NCBI GenBank assembly: GCA_018817715.1
Contig: JAHITT010000001.1
Span: forward strand, 34,690 to 98,689
Reading direction: 5' to 3'
Source: Patescibacteria group bacterium
GTDB lineage: Bacteria > Patescibacteriota > Patescibacteriia > Veblenbacterales > UBA10138
DNA length: 64,000 nucleotides
The position numbers and the translations under genes are program-made. Below, one piece after another: positions 29,172 through 39,300 of this stretch; the first letter of the stretch is position 1, and each line of letters begins with the position of its first letter. Under the pieces are notes generated by a model that saw only the letters and a list, made by a program, of their open reading frames with translations, did no database searches and was not told the DNA's origin.

Positions 29172-29692
29172 AAAAATAATCTGCTTTTAAGCCAACCCTT
29201 GGAAAAATTATTTCTTACTATTTCCACTTGGACTTTTTTTATTATTAAATCTTCGGCCGGCATATCTTTAATCGACAAAATAAAACGCCAACTATAATCC
29301 GGTGCTAGTTGTCCAATCGGTTCGGCTACTATCAAATAAATGACTTCGTCCCCTTGTTCTATTTTAGTCTGTGGCCACCATTGCCAAGACCACTCGCCAA
29401 CCTGACGCGAACCAATAGTTACCTCAGCCTGACCCTTTACCAACAGTTTTAACTTAACCGCCTGAGCTCGGGGTGGTATTTTTATATCCAAATACAAGGG
29501 CTCTTGTTTAACTTTTAATCCCTCCTCCACTCTGGTTACTCGGCCGGCCGGTAATAAAATACCTACTGCTGGCTGACGATTTAATAACCAGCTGTCAAAA
29601 GATAAACTGGCCTGGCTAAACAAATTTTGTCCAGCCAAATAAAGCAAAAATACTAGTGGCACCAGCCATCTTAAATAAGTCGGCGTCCTCAT
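29162..29692 (-). CDS. Signal-peptide/TM-anchored hypothetical protein
   Basis: N-terminal hydrophobic segment. Overlaps neighbours by 10 and 4 nt. Confidence 0.3.
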   Translation of the reverse strand: MRTPTYLRWLVPLVFLLYLAGQNLFSQASLSFDSWLLNRQPAVGILLPAGRVTRVEEGLKVKQEPLYLDIKIPPRAQAVKLKLLVKGQAEVTIGSRQVGEWSWQWWPQTKIEQGDEVIYLIVAEPIGQLAPDYSWRFILSIKDMPAEDLIIKKVQVEIVRNNFSKGWLKSRLFFWL

Positions 29693-31356
29693 AAGCCAAG
29701 TGAACTAAATTGATATAAACTAAAACCAGACCAACCGTCTTTCACTAAAGTTATGGTTAAATTGTATTTTTTTAACTTGTCGGTATTTAAATAAAACAAA
29801 GTGTCCTGAGGCCAAGAGGGATGAAACTGATAAACCGGCCAACCAGCCACCAAAAGATTCTTAATGGCTTGATAATCACTATCACTAACTAAATCCACAA
29901 TAACTTCCCGCTCTGGCCAAAAAAATTTATCAGTTCGACCGCTAACAATAACACTATTAACTGGTGTTAATTCTTGAACCGCCTGACTAACTTTAGCAAA
30001 ATCCTTAATATTTGACCTAATTCTCAGCAAACCTTCCGGTTCAGACCAAACAACTAAATAAGCTGACCAAACTACATAAAAGACCAACCCTAACCAAACT
30101 GCGTATTTTGGCCCTTGACCCTTTTTTAACCAATTAGCCAAAGCTAAACTGGCTGGTATTAAGGCTAAGGCGTAACCGGGCAACCAATAACGAACATAAG
30201 ACGTACCAATAGTTACCGCTTGCGGATCAGGATTATCATTAAACAACCAACTACCATACAAAATTATCAGCCAAACAAACACCAAACCAGTCATAATAAA
30301 AACATTTTTTTGCTGACGGCTAAACATTTTTAAATTTCTGATTAACCACAACCAACCCACTACAGCTAAACTAAACCACCACCATTGCAACCCAATCAAA
30401 TAATTACCAACTGTGCTTAAAATAACTTTAGGGTGCCAACCAAAAGGCAATAGTAACTGCCCTAATAAAGAAACTGTTTGTTGTAAACCAACTGCCTTAA
30501 CTACACTGGCTGTTGGATAAGCTATGGCCAAAGGCTGTCCGTAAATTATTAAGTTAGCCACCACCACCGGACTAAAACCAACCAAACCACCAATTAAAAA
30601 AGCTGTTATAAAACGCCAATCCCATTGCTGACGATAACTATAAAACCACAAACCGCCGACTACCAACAACCAAAATACTTCTGAACTGCGAAAAGTTATA
30701 GCCAAACCAGCCAATAAACCACTTAAACCAGCTCTTACCCAAGACTTTTTTTCTAAGGCCCCAAGACTTAACCACCAAGCCAAAATAAGCAAACTAAAAA
30801 AGGGTCCATTATGAAAAAATGATCGCGACTGATAATACCAACCGGCTGGTAAAAAAGCTAATAAAATCCAACCTACCAAAGCAGTCTGCTGGTTAAACAA
30901 ACGACGTAAGATTAAATACCAAGCCGCTAAACTTACAGCCGCCAATAAAGGCGTTAACCAAGGCAAAATCGCCGGACCAAAAACTTTAGCCAAACCGCCG
31001 GCCATTAGAGGTAAACCCAAAAAACTAACTGGCTGCAATTGCCCGTTAATTACTTTGGTGCTCCGAGGATGAACTATCGGACTTTGAGCAATTTTATTTA
31101 AAGGGCTGTCTATTTTTAAACTTTGTCCCACAGCCAAACGCTTAGCCCAAAAAGCATTAGCGGCCTCGTCTGGTGAATTAAAACGTCCTGGCAAGCCCCA
31201 ACTAAAACTTGAATACAGTAAAAAAATAAGACTACTGGAAATTATTAAGCCAATAATTTCTTTAGTTGATAATTTTTCCTTCAACAAACCAGTCTGAAAA
31301 GGCATAAAATTATTATAACAAGACTCTAGCAAACTAGCACGGTTTAACAAAACCAC
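29689..31356 (-). CDS. GT-C fold glycosyltransferase (ArnT/PMT-like, GT39/GT83-type)
   Basis: About 11 TM segments followed by a C-terminal soluble domain. Context with GT2 DPM1-like and GtrA-like genes. Confidence 0.5.
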   Translation of the reverse strand: MVLLNRASLLESCYNNFMPFQTGLLKEKLSTKEIIGLIISSSLIFLLYSSFSWGLPGRFNSPDEAANAFWAKRLAVGQSLKIDSPLNKIAQSPIVHPRSTKVINGQLQPVSFLGLPLMAGGLAKVFGPAILPWLTPLLAAVSLAAWYLILRRLFNQQTALVGWILLAFLPAGWYYQSRSFFHNGPFFSLLILAWWLSLGALEKKSWVRAGLSGLLAGLAITFRSSEVFWLLVVGGLWFYSYRQQWDWRFITAFLIGGLVGFSPVVVANLIIYGQPLAIAYPTASVVKAVGLQQTVSLLGQLLLPFGWHPKVILSTVGNYLIGLQWWWFSLAVVGWLWLIRNLKMFSRQQKNVFIMTGLVFVWLIILYGSWLFNDNPDPQAVTIGTSYVRYWLPGYALALIPASLALANWLKKGQGPKYAVWLGLVFYVVWSAYLVVWSEPEGLLRIRSNIKDFAKVSQAVQELTPVNSVIVSGRTDKFFWPEREVIVDLVSDSDYQAIKNLLVAGWPVYQFHPSWPQDTLFYLNTDKLKKYNLTITLVKDGWSGFSLYQFSSLGL

Positions 31357-31440
31357 TACCCTAAGCCCCTTAAAACCAAAAACCGGCTTACTTAACTGTT
31401 AAACCGTGATTGTTTTAACCCTAAATGCTACAATAAAACT

Positions 31441-33456
31441 ATGTTAATAAAAAGTTTAGTCAGCCTTTTAGGATTAGGCTTGGCCTTAATCGCTTATTAT
31501 TTAAACTGGCCGCTAATAAACTTATTAGGCGGTTTAATTTATTTGGTGGTTAACGCCTGGTTATGGGGCAATCGTTTAAAAAATGGCACAAATTTAGAAC
31601 GTCTAATTATGGGCGGTTTGGCTATTTTAGCTTTTATTAGTTTAAGCGGTGCTCTGGTTTTTTATATTAATTTGTTTAAACCACTATTCGCTTTGGTCTT
31701 ATTTACTTTACTACCTTGGCTGGGCCAAAACCAACCCCTTAATTTTCAAAATTTAAAAATAAGCTGGTCTAATACTAAAAATAATTGGCTGGTTATTTTT
31801 TATATTATCGCCTTAATAATCGCCGCCGGATTGCTTTGGCAATTCAGAACTGATGAAGCTTGGCGGTCACCTTGGCAAACTATACCAAATTGGTTTTTTT
31901 TAGTTTATTTTTTTCTAGCCGGACTAACTATTTTGATTAACCGGCGCTGTAATGTTTTTTGGCTTATACCCTTTTATTGGCTGAGCCTGTCTTTACTGCC
32001 GATAATTTTTCCCTTGGGTTATGCTTTTGATCCGATCATCCACCAGGCCACAGCCCAACTGTTACAACTTAATCATACTATTTCGCCCAAACCTTTTTAT
32101 TATCTAGGACAATATGGGTTGGAAGTTCTATTGGCTGATTTTTTAAAAATCCACCTTAACCAACTAGATCTTTGGTTAATACCTTTATTAGCCGGCTTAA
32201 CCTGGCCGGCCTTGCTTAATGGTTTTAAAAATCAAATTAAGCTCTCAACTAATTATATTTATTTAGTACCCCTACTTTTAACCTTACCTCTTTTTACTAT
32301 AACTACTCCCCTGGCTCTTAGTTATTTATGGGCTTTATTGGTCATTTTTTTAATATTTCCCAACCAACCAACCACAACTAGCCTATGGCTGGCTAGTTTG
32401 TTCGCCTTAAGCGCTCTGGTAACCCATCCCATAATCGGCTTACCTTTGCTCGGTTTGGTACTTTGGAAAATTTTTAATAATCGTGGCCCAATAATTAAGT
32501 GGCTAGCGATGGCTTGGTTAAGTTTAGCCGTACCGCTATCTTTTATTTTTTTAAATTTTATTAAACCAAATTTATTAAATTTAACTTTAAGTAATCCCTT
32601 AAAAAACTTGAATGAACTTTACGTTACTCTACAACAAAACTTACCCCAAATACCTTATGCTCTTAATATATTGGATACAGTCTACCTATGGGGATTGCCT
32701 TTAAGTTTAACTATGGTGGGCTTGGCACTCCTGGGTTATGGTTTAAATCGTCTAAATAAAACTGACCAACAAGTTTTTATTTGGCCAGTTTTATCTTTAA
32801 CTTTAAGTTATTTAATACTTAAATTATTTTTCCACTTTAACAGCCTGCCAGATAATGAACAAAATTTTTATAACCTCCGCTTGTGGCACTTAGCTTTATT
32901 AACTTTATGGCCACTGGTTTTATTAGGTGCTAATTGGCTACTAAATTTCCTAGTACAAAAAACCTTTAGAACCCTGCCTATGGTTTTAGGTTTAGCTTTA
33001 TTATTAACAGCTAGTTGGTATTTAAATTATCCCCGATTTGATCTTTATCAAAAAGACACTGCTTACCCCACTACCCCTAGAGATGTTAAAGCTGTTAAGT
33101 TGATAAACGACTTAGAAAAAAATAATGACTATGTAGTCTTAAGTAACCAGGCAGTAGCCGCCGCCGCTGTCCAAACCTTTGGTTTTAGCCGTTATTATAA
33201 TGAACACTATTTTTATCCACTACCCACCGGTACCAACCCTTTATATCAAACCTATCTTCAAGCCAGCCAATACAGTCAGCCCGACAGATTAACTATTAAA
33301 TCAGCAGCCGACTTAACCAATCTTAATAAAGTTTATTTAATACTTAATCGCTACTGGGCCAACTTTGACCAATTAAACGAAGTGGCCGCCAAAGAGGCTA
33401 ACGAAACCTGGCTTATTAACAACGGTACGATTGCTATATATTATTACCAGTTTTAA
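31441..33456 (+). CDS. Large polytopic membrane protein (671 aa), possible second GT-C / oligosaccharyl-polymerase-like protein
   Basis: More than 12 predicted TM helices, C-terminal soluble region. No recognisable catalytic motif by eye. Confidence 0.35.
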   Translation: MLIKSLVSLLGLGLALIAYYLNWPLINLLGGLIYLVVNAWLWGNRLKNGTNLERLIMGGLAILAFISLSGALVFYINLFKPLFALVLFTLLPWLGQNQPLNFQNLKISWSNTKNNWLVIFYIIALIIAAGLLWQFRTDEAWRSPWQTIPNWFFLVYFFLAGLTILINRRCNVFWLIPFYWLSLSLLPIIFPLGYAFDPIIHQATAQLLQLNHTISPKPFYYLGQYGLEVLLADFLKIHLNQLDLWLIPLLAGLTWPALLNGFKNQIKLSTNYIYLVPLLLTLPLFTITTPLALSYLWALLVIFLIFPNQPTTTSLWLASLFALSALVTHPIIGLPLLGLVLWKIFNNRGPIIKWLAMAWLSLAVPLSFIFLNFIKPNLLNLTLSNPLKNLNELYVTLQQNLPQIPYALNILDTVYLWGLPLSLTMVGLALLGYGLNRLNKTDQQVFIWPVLSLTLSYLILKLFFHFNSLPDNEQNFYNLRLWHLALLTLWPLVLLGANWLLNFLVQKTFRTLPMVLGLALLLTASWYLNYPRFDLYQKDTAYPTTPRDVKAVKLINDLEKNNDYVVLSNQAVAAAAVQTFGFSRYYNEHYFYPLPTGTNPLYQTYLQASQYSQPDRLTIKSAADLTNLNKVYLILNRYWANFDQLNEVAAKEANETWLINNGTIAIYYYQF

Positions 33457-33491
33457 GTTAAAATAATTCATCATTCCAAATTAACTTCTTT

Positions 33492-33527
33492 GCGGGGAAA
33501 AATGTCCACCTGGACACTTTTCCCCGC
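33492..33527 (+). terminator. Long hairpin (GCGGGGAAAAATGTCCA cc TGGACACTTTTCCCCGC) after the 671-aa membrane protein gene
   Basis: 17-bp stem with one mismatch, seen directly. No clean T-run, so may be a stability element rather than an intrinsic terminator. Followed by CAGGATGAC, shared with repeat family B. Confidence 0.4.
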
Positions 33528-33589
33528 AGGATGACAAACTGACTAAAAAAACAAAGGATGGATATTATTAAAATCCATCCGAATATTAA

Positions 33590-33817
33590 TTAATTTATTA
33601 CTATAGTTTGGCCATCCATCTGACCAATTATATAAATTTGTTTTGACTCCTCGTCATAATTAACTTTCATTTCCACTGGCTTAACTTTGCAATTACTAAT
33701 AACTATTTTATAAACACCTCCCTTTTTGATTACAGAAATGGTGCAATCATTTAAGCCATTAACATTCAGTCCTTCAATTTTTAGTTCATTACTTTTTGGC
33801 CAATTTACTTTTGACAT
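33590..33817 (-). CDS. Small hypothetical protein (about 75 aa, beta-rich)
   Basis: Start moved to MSKVNW because of GGGAGG SD 4 nt upstream. Terminator-like hairpin GGATGGAT...ATCCATCC at 33556-33585. Confidence 0.4.
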   Translation of the reverse strand: MSKVNWPKSNELKIEGLNVNGLNDCTISVIKKGGVYKIVISNCKVKPVEMKVNYDEESKQIYIIGQMDGQTIVIN

Positions 33818-33941
33818 AAAACCTCCCAAAGTTTTATTTTATTTTTTTAAATAACTATTTTTACCCAAATTGACCTTAAAATAACACAAATTAACCCAAG
33901 GTACAAATCCTTAAGTCTAAAGGGTCTAATTTAAGCTAATT

Positions 33942-35144
33942 TTAAGCCAAATTTCGACTATTTAACAACTGTAGTAAACGCCGAGCATAGTCTTCTAAGC
34001 TTAAAACTTCAGGATTTTGTTTAGCTTTTAAACCAGCTTGATTAACCAAATTTTCCGTTAACAATAGTTTTTCTAAAATAGCCAAAAAACCAAACTCATC
34101 ACCAGGATTAAATAACCAGCCATTAAAATTATGGCGAAGAATTTCCGGCACCCCACCAGTAGCTGTAGCCAAAACCGGCCGGCCCAAAGCCAAAGATTTA
34201 ACAATAACTGTTGGATAATTCTCGCAACATAAAGAAGGCATAATGGTTAAATAAGCTTGGGCCATATAATCATCCACCGTCTGCTGGTTTAAGCCAACAT
34301 TAACCACAAACCTACTATCTTGCCCTATTAACTGGTCTATTTTTTGCCGACTTTTTTTATCAGTCCATAGTATTAAACGCAACCGCCAATCTTTTAAATT
34401 AGAATTTTTTAAAGTATTAATCAGCCAAAAAACTCCCTTATATTCGGCAGCCTGCCCAACATACAACAATTCTTTACCTGTTTGTTGGCCAGCTAGTTGG
34501 TTAACAGCTAAGTTGGGTACTGGGTTGGGCACTACTAATCTAACTGATCTATTAAAAAATCCCCTAGTTTCGTGTTCCCTTAATAACCAAACAGATGGTG
34601 ACACTACAGCCCCAACCGACTTAAAAATCCTCTTGGTAAATCTTTGATAAATTTTTTCCAAAAAATTATCCTGCTTCTTATTCCAAAAAAATAAACCAGA
34701 AGGCTGCAATAACTGAACATCATGCAAAATATGCACATGCCCAAGACCAGCTTGTCGAATAGCCTTAACCGCCCCAAAACCTAAACCCATTAAATTAGAG
34801 CTAATAACCAAATCCGGTTTATAGGACCTAAAATAATTAAGCAAAATAGTTTTAACGCGTGGCGACCATAAATTAACTATTTGCCAAGCTAAACGTAACA
34901 ACCAAGGTTTAGATTGACCATTCAAATAATAATAAAAATTAAAAGGGGTAAATCGATTCACTTTTATACCAGCCTCCTCGTTGGTTTCAAATTTATTCCA
35001 ACCGCGAGCCTTGCCAGGCGCTGTGGTAACTACACTCACCTGATGCCCTAATTTTACCAACTGCCCAGCCAATTGATGAGTTAAATATTCAGCCCCACCT
35101 CGAGTAAACGGCGGATACAAATTGGTTAAAATACTTATTTTCAT
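33942..35144 (-). CDS. Glycosyltransferase family 4 (GT-B)
   Basis: N-terminal PPFTRGGAEY pattern, C-terminal EGFG/E-x7-E-like region. Confidence 0.7.
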   Translation of the reverse strand: MKISILTNLYPPFTRGGAEYLTHQLAGQLVKLGHQVSVVTTAPGKARGWNKFETNEEAGIKVNRFTPFNFYYYLNGQSKPWLLRLAWQIVNLWSPRVKTILLNYFRSYKPDLVISSNLMGLGFGAVKAIRQAGLGHVHILHDVQLLQPSGLFFWNKKQDNFLEKIYQRFTKRIFKSVGAVVSPSVWLLREHETRGFFNRSVRLVVPNPVPNLAVNQLAGQQTGKELLYVGQAAEYKGVFWLINTLKNSNLKDWRLRLILWTDKKSRQKIDQLIGQDSRFVVNVGLNQQTVDDYMAQAYLTIMPSLCCENYPTVIVKSLALGRPVLATATGGVPEILRHNFNGWLFNPGDEFGFLAILEKLLLTENLVNQAGLKAKQNPEVLSLEDYARRLLQLLNSRNLA

Positions 35145-36310
35145 AACAGACTTTGATACAATTCATTTAACTTAAGGCTAATTTGACTAGCACTATAATT
35201 TTTTTCTACTAATTTTAAACCATTTAAACCATACTCCTTAGCTAACTTAGGCGCGGCTAATAAACTGTCTAAAGCAAAGGCTAAACTATTGGGTTGCTTA
35301 GCTGGCACTAACAAACCATTAACTCCAGTTTGCACTAAAGACTGTACCCCTGGCAATTTGGAAGCCACCACTGGCTTAGCGCAAGCTAGGGCCTGCAAAG
35401 CCACCAAACCAAAGGATTCTGATTGATTAAGTGAAGGGAAAACTACTATCTCAGCTAAATTATAATAATCAGGCAACTGTTTATCTGATACAAAACCAGT
35501 AAAAATTACCCTATCTTCTAAACTAAGCTCCTTAACCATTTTTTTAAAAAAATCCTGCCGACCACCACCAACAATCAAAATTTTAAAGGCTCTGTTTAAT
35601 TGCTGGGCAGCCTTAAGCAAAATTGGTAACCCCTTAAAATAATGAGCCTTATCCAAAGTGCCCACGAATAAAATTACAGCTTCTGCTTGGTGTATACCCA
35701 AACTGTTTCTTAAATTTATATTAGGTTCTTTAGGCTTAAACTGTTCAGCTGGGGCAAAAGGTAAAATATGCCACTTGGCGGTGGTGACTGAAGGTGGGTT
35801 AACAACCTCGGTTAAATAATCTTTAGTGGAACAAATTAAGGCATCGGCTCTGGTTAATAATTTTTTTTCCCATAATCTGCTATCCTGCTTAAACAACCAA
35901 CCCTTAAAACCTGAAGCTGTGGGCTTCATATGGTAACTGATAACTAACTTGCTGGTTTTAGGTAACCACGGCAAAATTTCCTGCAAACCAAACCAAGGAT
36001 AATGCAAATGAACAATCTCAAAGTTTTTTAACCAATTAAACCAGGTAGGCATAATGGCCGCCTTCCCTACACTTAAAAGTGGTGGCGGGGCTTTAATAGT
36101 TACCGCGGGTAAATTTACAAAAGTTTGATTTTTTTTATAACGCGGGGTAAAAACAGTAACTTGGTAATTAGTCCTTAGCCAAGCAGCATAATCATAAGCT
36201 ACTCGACCAATACCTCCACCATAAGGTGGATACACGCAAGTCAATTGAACTACTGTCGGTTTCATAAGTCTATTATTTACCATCTTATTAAAAAATATAC
36301 CACTCGCCAC
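35141..36310 (-). CDS. Glycosyltransferase family 4 (GT-B)
   Basis: VYPPYGGGIGR N-terminus, C-terminal ESFGLVALQALACAKPVV. Confidence 0.7.
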   Translation of the reverse strand: MASGIFFNKMVNNRLMKPTVVQLTCVYPPYGGGIGRVAYDYAAWLRTNYQVTVFTPRYKKNQTFVNLPAVTIKAPPPLLSVGKAAIMPTWFNWLKNFEIVHLHYPWFGLQEILPWLPKTSKLVISYHMKPTASGFKGWLFKQDSRLWEKKLLTRADALICSTKDYLTEVVNPPSVTTAKWHILPFAPAEQFKPKEPNINLRNSLGIHQAEAVILFVGTLDKAHYFKGLPILLKAAQQLNRAFKILIVGGGRQDFFKKMVKELSLEDRVIFTGFVSDKQLPDYYNLAEIVVFPSLNQSESFGLVALQALACAKPVVASKLPGVQSLVQTGVNGLLVPAKQPNSLAFALDSLLAAPKLAKEYGLNGLKLVEKNYSASQISLKLNELYQSLL

Positions 36311-37326
36311 ACAGCCGCACTAACTGGATTAAAAATATAAGCTGTTAAAAAATCATTGCCCCCCTGAAAAGCAATCTGACTGGTGGCCTGGGATAAAATT
36401 TGCCGATCGCTTATTATTTTTAATTTTTTAAGCCGGCGCCGACGATTAATTATACCCTCTTGAGCTGGTCGGTTTAAGCAATACCAATAAGCTTTTAATT
36501 TTTGTCGCCACCAACCTTGCCAAAAAGACATAGCCAACAACAAAACTTCACTAAAAAACCAAGGTACAGCCAAAATCATTAAAGTCGGTACCTTAAAATA
36601 ACTAAACCAAACCAACCAGCGATTACGCTCCATATAATAAAACTGCTTTAAGGAGCGATTGGCTTGGTAATGATGAATTATCCGAGCGGTCGGTTCTACT
36701 TTTATCTTCCAACCACTTACTAAAAAGCGTAAAGATAATTCCAAATCTTCGTGGTACATAAATAATTCCTCATCCAACAAACCAACCTGGCACAAAGTAG
36801 CCGTCCGCAACATAACACCGGCCCCGGAAAAATAAGGTATATTTAAATCTTTTTTTAACCAAGGTAATTGCTCATCCGCTTCAATCTTATTTAAACCATT
36901 GCCACCAGCATAAGCCAAACCTAAATAATGGAAACAATTACCCAAAGAATTAACTAAACCGTTAGGCAAATATAAACCAGCCTGAACCGCTCCGATTGAA
37001 ATATCCGCCTGCAAAACCTCAACTAACTTAGCTATGGCCCCAGCCGTTAGAGCAGCATCCTGATTAAGCAATAAAACAGCTTCCCTGCCGTCTTGCAAAG
37101 CTTGTTCAAGACCTAAATTATTGCCAGCGGCAAAACCTAAATTCACGGGCGATTGAATTAGCTTAACTAAAGGGTAAGATTGCTTAATACTATCAACCGT
37201 ACCGTCTGTGGAAGCATTATCCACTACATAAACGGGCACCCCGGGCGCGTAACTAAAACAAGAAGCCAAACTAATGTCCAGCCACTTTTTTGCCTGATAA
37301 GTAACTATTACAATACCAACCTTCAT
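36277..37326 (-). CDS. Glycosyltransferase family 2
   Basis: IVIVTYQ...DNASTDGT, DxD-like region, C-terminal TM segments. Confidence 0.7.
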   Translation of the reverse strand: MKVGIVIVTYQAKKWLDISLASCFSYAPGVPVYVVDNASTDGTVDSIKQSYPLVKLIQSPVNLGFAAGNNLGLEQALQDGREAVLLLNQDAALTAGAIAKLVEVLQADISIGAVQAGLYLPNGLVNSLGNCFHYLGLAYAGGNGLNKIEADEQLPWLKKDLNIPYFSGAGVMLRTATLCQVGLLDEELFMYHEDLELSLRFLVSGWKIKVEPTARIIHHYQANRSLKQFYYMERNRWLVWFSYFKVPTLMILAVPWFFSEVLLLAMSFWQGWWRQKLKAYWYCLNRPAQEGIINRRRRLKKLKIISDRQILSQATSQIAFQGGNDFLTAYIFNPVSAAVWRVVYFLIRW

Positions 37327-37345
37327 AAAAATTATCTAAACTTAA

Positions 37346-37699
37346 TTAACCATCAACCTCTTCTGTTTCCTTGGCTGAAGTTTTGGGTTTAGCTAAAGAA
37401 CGGACAATTATTGTTAACTGCTGTTCAATTTTTTCTAAGCGCACCACCATTTTAAACACCAAATAAAATAAAATCAGCACAGCCAAATAAACCACCAAAT
37501 CGCTACCCCGACCAACACCCACCCACAAAGCCAAATAAGAAGCGGTTTGCGGTAAAGCTATCACCAACAAAGCGGCCAGCCACAGCAACAGCCAAGCACT
37601 AAACTCCCCTTTGCCAATATCACGATTGCTAAACCTTATGTACAAACGGCGAATAGCCAACAACACCAACAATAATAATATAATTTGTATTAAAGTCAT
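37346..37699 (-). CDS. DUF2304-like small membrane protein commonly paired with GT2
   Basis: 117 aa, 3 TM, sits between two GT2 genes. Confidence 0.4.
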   Translation of the reverse strand: MTLIQIILLLLVLLAIRRLYIRFSNRDIGKGEFSAWLLLWLAALLVIALPQTASYLALWVGVGRGSDLVVYLAVLILFYLVFKMVVRLEKIEQQLTIIVRSLAKPKTSAKETEEVDG

Positions 37700-37702
37700 A
37701 AT

Positions 37703-38377
37703 TTAACGAAGTAATTTACCTAACAATAAATCTTTAACTATGCGTACAGCCGGCCAACGACCTTGCTTACTATTTTGTTTACTATAATCGGTGTAACGTA
37801 CGGTTACCGGCGCTTCCACAAAATTTAATTTTAATCTTTTTATTTCATCTATCAACTCCGAACTAAAAGCCATCCTGTCCTGCCGTAAAATCATTAATTG
37901 CCAAGCAGTCGCCCTAAACAATCTTAAGCCGTTATGAGCGTCGCTTAATTTAACACCAGACACCACCCAGGTAAAAATTATGGCCACTTTTAAAGTTAAA
38001 CGCCTTAACCAAGGTAAGCCAATTACCCGACCCTTAAACCTAGAACCCAAGACTACCTGATTGTCATCTTTAACCAAATACTCAACCAACCTCGGTATAT
38101 CTTGGGGATCAAACTGCCCGTCGGCATCAAAATGCAACACGGCCCAAGCCCCTTGTTCAATAGCCCAATTAGAACCGGTAATCAAAGCTGCGCCATAGCC
38201 TCGGTTAACTACGTGTTGTAAAACAACAGCGCCGGCCGACTTGGCCAAGGTAGCAGTCTGATCACTAGAACCGTCATCCACCACAATTACTTTGTTAGCA
38301 TAAGGCTTAACAGTCGCCACGACAGCTGCAATAGATGGCTCTTCATTATAAGCTGGAATTACTATGTCTGGTTTCAT
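37703..38377 (-). CDS. GT2 polyprenol-phosphate glycosyltransferase (DPM1/GtrB-like)
   Basis: PAYNEE...VVDDGSSD...D-x-D pattern, 224 aa soluble. Confidence 0.7.
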   Translation of the reverse strand: MKPDIVIPAYNEEPSIAAVVATVKPYANKVIVVDDGSSDQTATLAKSAGAVVLQHVVNRGYGAALITGSNWAIEQGAWAVLHFDADGQFDPQDIPRLVEYLVKDDNQVVLGSRFKGRVIGLPWLRRLTLKVAIIFTWVVSGVKLSDAHNGLRLFRATAWQLMILRQDRMAFSSELIDEIKRLKLNFVEAPVTVRYTDYSKQNSKQGRWPAVRIVKDLLLGKLLR

Positions 38378-39300
38378 TTTTTAATAGATGATTTTTTAAA
38401 CCACAACAAAGTACGTCTTAAACCTTCAGTTAAGGGCACTTCGGCACGCCAACTTAATTGACGGCGGGCTTTGTCAGCTTTTAAACAACTTTTTGGTACA
38501 TCGCCTAAGCGTGGCGGCACATACTTAACTTTAGGCACTACCGCCAACACTTCGCCTAAAGCCTGAAGTAACTGCAATAAACTGGTCTCGCGCCCCGTTG
38601 ATAAATTATAAACACCTTGACCGTGCAACATAGCCTGGCTTAACCCTTTGGCCACGTCGACCACATAAATAAAATCTCTAGTCTGAAAACCCCTACCTTG
38701 TATGTTCAAATCCTGACCTTTTAATAAGCTTTCAGAAAAAATTGCCACTACCCCGCCTTCACCTAAAGCTTTTTGTCTGGGCCCATAAACATTAGATAGC
38801 CTAGTCACCACTGTCGGCCAACCCAAATCAGTTTTAAAATAATGCAAAAAATTTTCCACTGACAATTTACTGAAAGAATAAGGATTAAGCGGCTGCATCT
38901 TGACTAATTCATCAGTTGGTAAATCCTCGTTATCACCATACACACCAGCTGTAGAAACAAACAAAAATTTTTTAAGTTTTAAACCCTGACAAGCTTTTAT
39001 AAGATTAAGTGTTCCACTGATATTTATACTGGCATCTAAAGCTGGATCAACGATTGATTTAGGCGCACTAACTTGAGCCGCCAAATGACAAACATAATCC
39101 GGTTTTATTTTTTTTAACAAAACTATCAACTTAGGCGATCGAATATCCATTTTTTTAAAAACCGCCGCCTTAGGCAAATTCTTTTTTTGACCGCTGGATA
39201 AATCATCCACCACTATTACTTCAAACTTATTCCTAATAAGTTCTTCTGCCAAATGACTGCCAATAAACCCAGCACCGCCGGTGACTAAAACTTTAAGCAT
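38374..39300 (-). CDS. NAD-dependent epimerase/dehydratase (UDP-glucose 4-epimerase-like)
   Basis: VTGGAGFIGSHL Rossmann motif and YxxxK region. About 308 aa. Confidence 0.65.
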   Translation of the reverse strand: MLKVLVTGGAGFIGSHLAEELIRNKFEVIVVDDLSSGQKKNLPKAAVFKKMDIRSPKLIVLLKKIKPDYVCHLAAQVSAPKSIVDPALDASINISGTLNLIKACQGLKLKKFLFVSTAGVYGDNEDLPTDELVKMQPLNPYSFSKLSVENFLHYFKTDLGWPTVVTRLSNVYGPRQKALGEGGVVAIFSESLLKGQDLNIQGRGFQTRDFIYVVDVAKGLSQAMLHGQGVYNLSTGRETSLLQLLQALGEVLAVVPKVKYVPPRLGDVPKSCLKADKARRQLSWRAEVPLTEGLRRTLLWFKKSSIKK